A DNA stretch of 7,038 bases from Okeania sp. (GTDB lineage: Bacteria > Cyanobacteriota > Cyanobacteriia > Cyanobacteriales > Microcoleaceae): assembly GCF_035285525.1 (NCBI RefSeq), contig NZ_JAYKGW010000125.1:1-7038 (forward strand), read 5' to 3'. Numbering within the stretch: the first letter of the stretch is position 1; each line of letters begins with the position of its first letter. Positions 6,389 to 7,038 of the stretch are shown here, piece by piece. The notes under the pieces were generated by a model, which saw only the letters and a list, made by a program, of their open reading frames with translations, made no database searches and was not told the origin of the DNA. A program made the translations under genes and the position numbers.

Positions 6389-7038
6389 ATGTCCTACCCT
6401 CTACCACCTCCAGAACTACCTCCAATTGTTGAAACCTTGCCTGCAAAATCTGTAACTAAATCTATTACAGATGTACAACAGGACTTCTCGACTACAAATC
6501 AAAAGAAATCTAGTCCACCCTCAAAATTCAAACAGTTTGCAGAAGAAATTAGAATATCTGACAAGAAAACTTTCTCAGGGGAAGAGTTTAGAGAAACTGT
6601 AATGTATAACTTTCCTGAAATTGCCTTAACTTTTGATCGCTATCAGAAAGTCCCTCCAGTTCAAACAACTGCTGCTAGTCTCGGACCACCATTAGAAATA
6701 AATATATCATCAGTAGAGAAAATTTCTACTCTGGAAAACCAAGTTAATTCAGATAGAAAAAAAATTTTCTCATCCATCTCATTTTCAGACTTCTCAGAAT
6801 ATGCTGTATCTGATTTATCGGGAACCGTAAGAAAATCACAAACTACTCAACCAAAAAATTTATTCAGTTTTGATAGTACCAAAAAATTAGAAAGTTGGAG
6901 TAACACAAAGTCACCTATTTCTACAAAATTTCAGATAGAGGAAACTACCAGCAAAAATAATACTCCAGAACTGCCAAATCTTTCCCAAGACGAAAAAACA
7001 ACTTACCAAACTGAGGTCTCAGAATCAGAAGATAAAAA
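6389..7038 (+). CDS. Hypothetical protein, N-terminal 216 codons (partial, runs off the right edge); P/S/T/K/E-rich, probably disordered
   Basis: I translated the frame by hand. The ATG at 6389 follows an in-frame TGA at 6383, and there is no stop through 7038 (MSYPLPPPELPPIVETLPAKS...TEVSESEDK). An open frame of this length is unlikely by chance in such AT-rich DNA. It is absent from the ORF track, presumably because it has no stop codon in the window. Confidence 0.65.
   Translation, partial: MSYPLPPPELPPIVETLPAKSVTKSITDVQQDFSTTNQKKSSPPSKFKQFAEEIRISDKKTFSGEEFRETVMYNFPEIALTFDRYQKVPPVQTTAASLGPPLEINISSVEKISTLENQVNSDRKKIFSSISFSDFSEYAVSDLSGTVRKSQTTQPKNLFSFDSTKKLESWSNTKSPISTKFQIEETTSKNNTPELPNLSQDEKTTYQTEVSESEDK

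Overview
AT-rich (roughly one-third G+C by eye) cyanobacterial chromosomal segment. The assignment rests on a textbook psbI gene and two copies of the HIP1 octamer GCGATCGC. There are four genes. (1) A 1145-aa GH38 alpha-mannosidase on the minus strand (223..3660) with all family signature motifs. (2) A 440-aa low-complexity hypothetical protein (4303..5625, +). (3) psbI (6070..6186, +, 38 aa) with an AGGAG Shine-Dalgarno and a strong intrinsic terminator. It is absent from the supplied ORF track because it is short. (4) The 5' part of another low-complexity ORF (6389..>7038, +), absent from the track because it has no stop in the window. I see no tRNA/rRNA, CRISPR array, transposase, integrase, or recognisable defence or toxin gene, and I cannot honestly name a new multi-gene system here. 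What the genes do not explain is repeat structure. A 112-bp direct repeat pair, 111/112 identical with a 182-bp period, lies in the divergent intergenic region upstream of the mannosidase. A second ~82-90-bp direct repeat pair (126-bp period) lies immediately 3' of the mannosidase and may continue beyond the left edge. A C-rich 9-bp in-frame tandem repeat sits inside the mannosidase and encodes (QGG)n within a 62-aa low-complexity segment. A heptamer (ACAGATA)x3 abuts the start codon of the 440-aa ORF. The two intergenic repeat pairs are the best candidates for something undescribed (tandem small-RNA or promoter units, or a small non-autonomous repeat family). All functional readings are inference and need genome-wide copy counts and transcript mapping.
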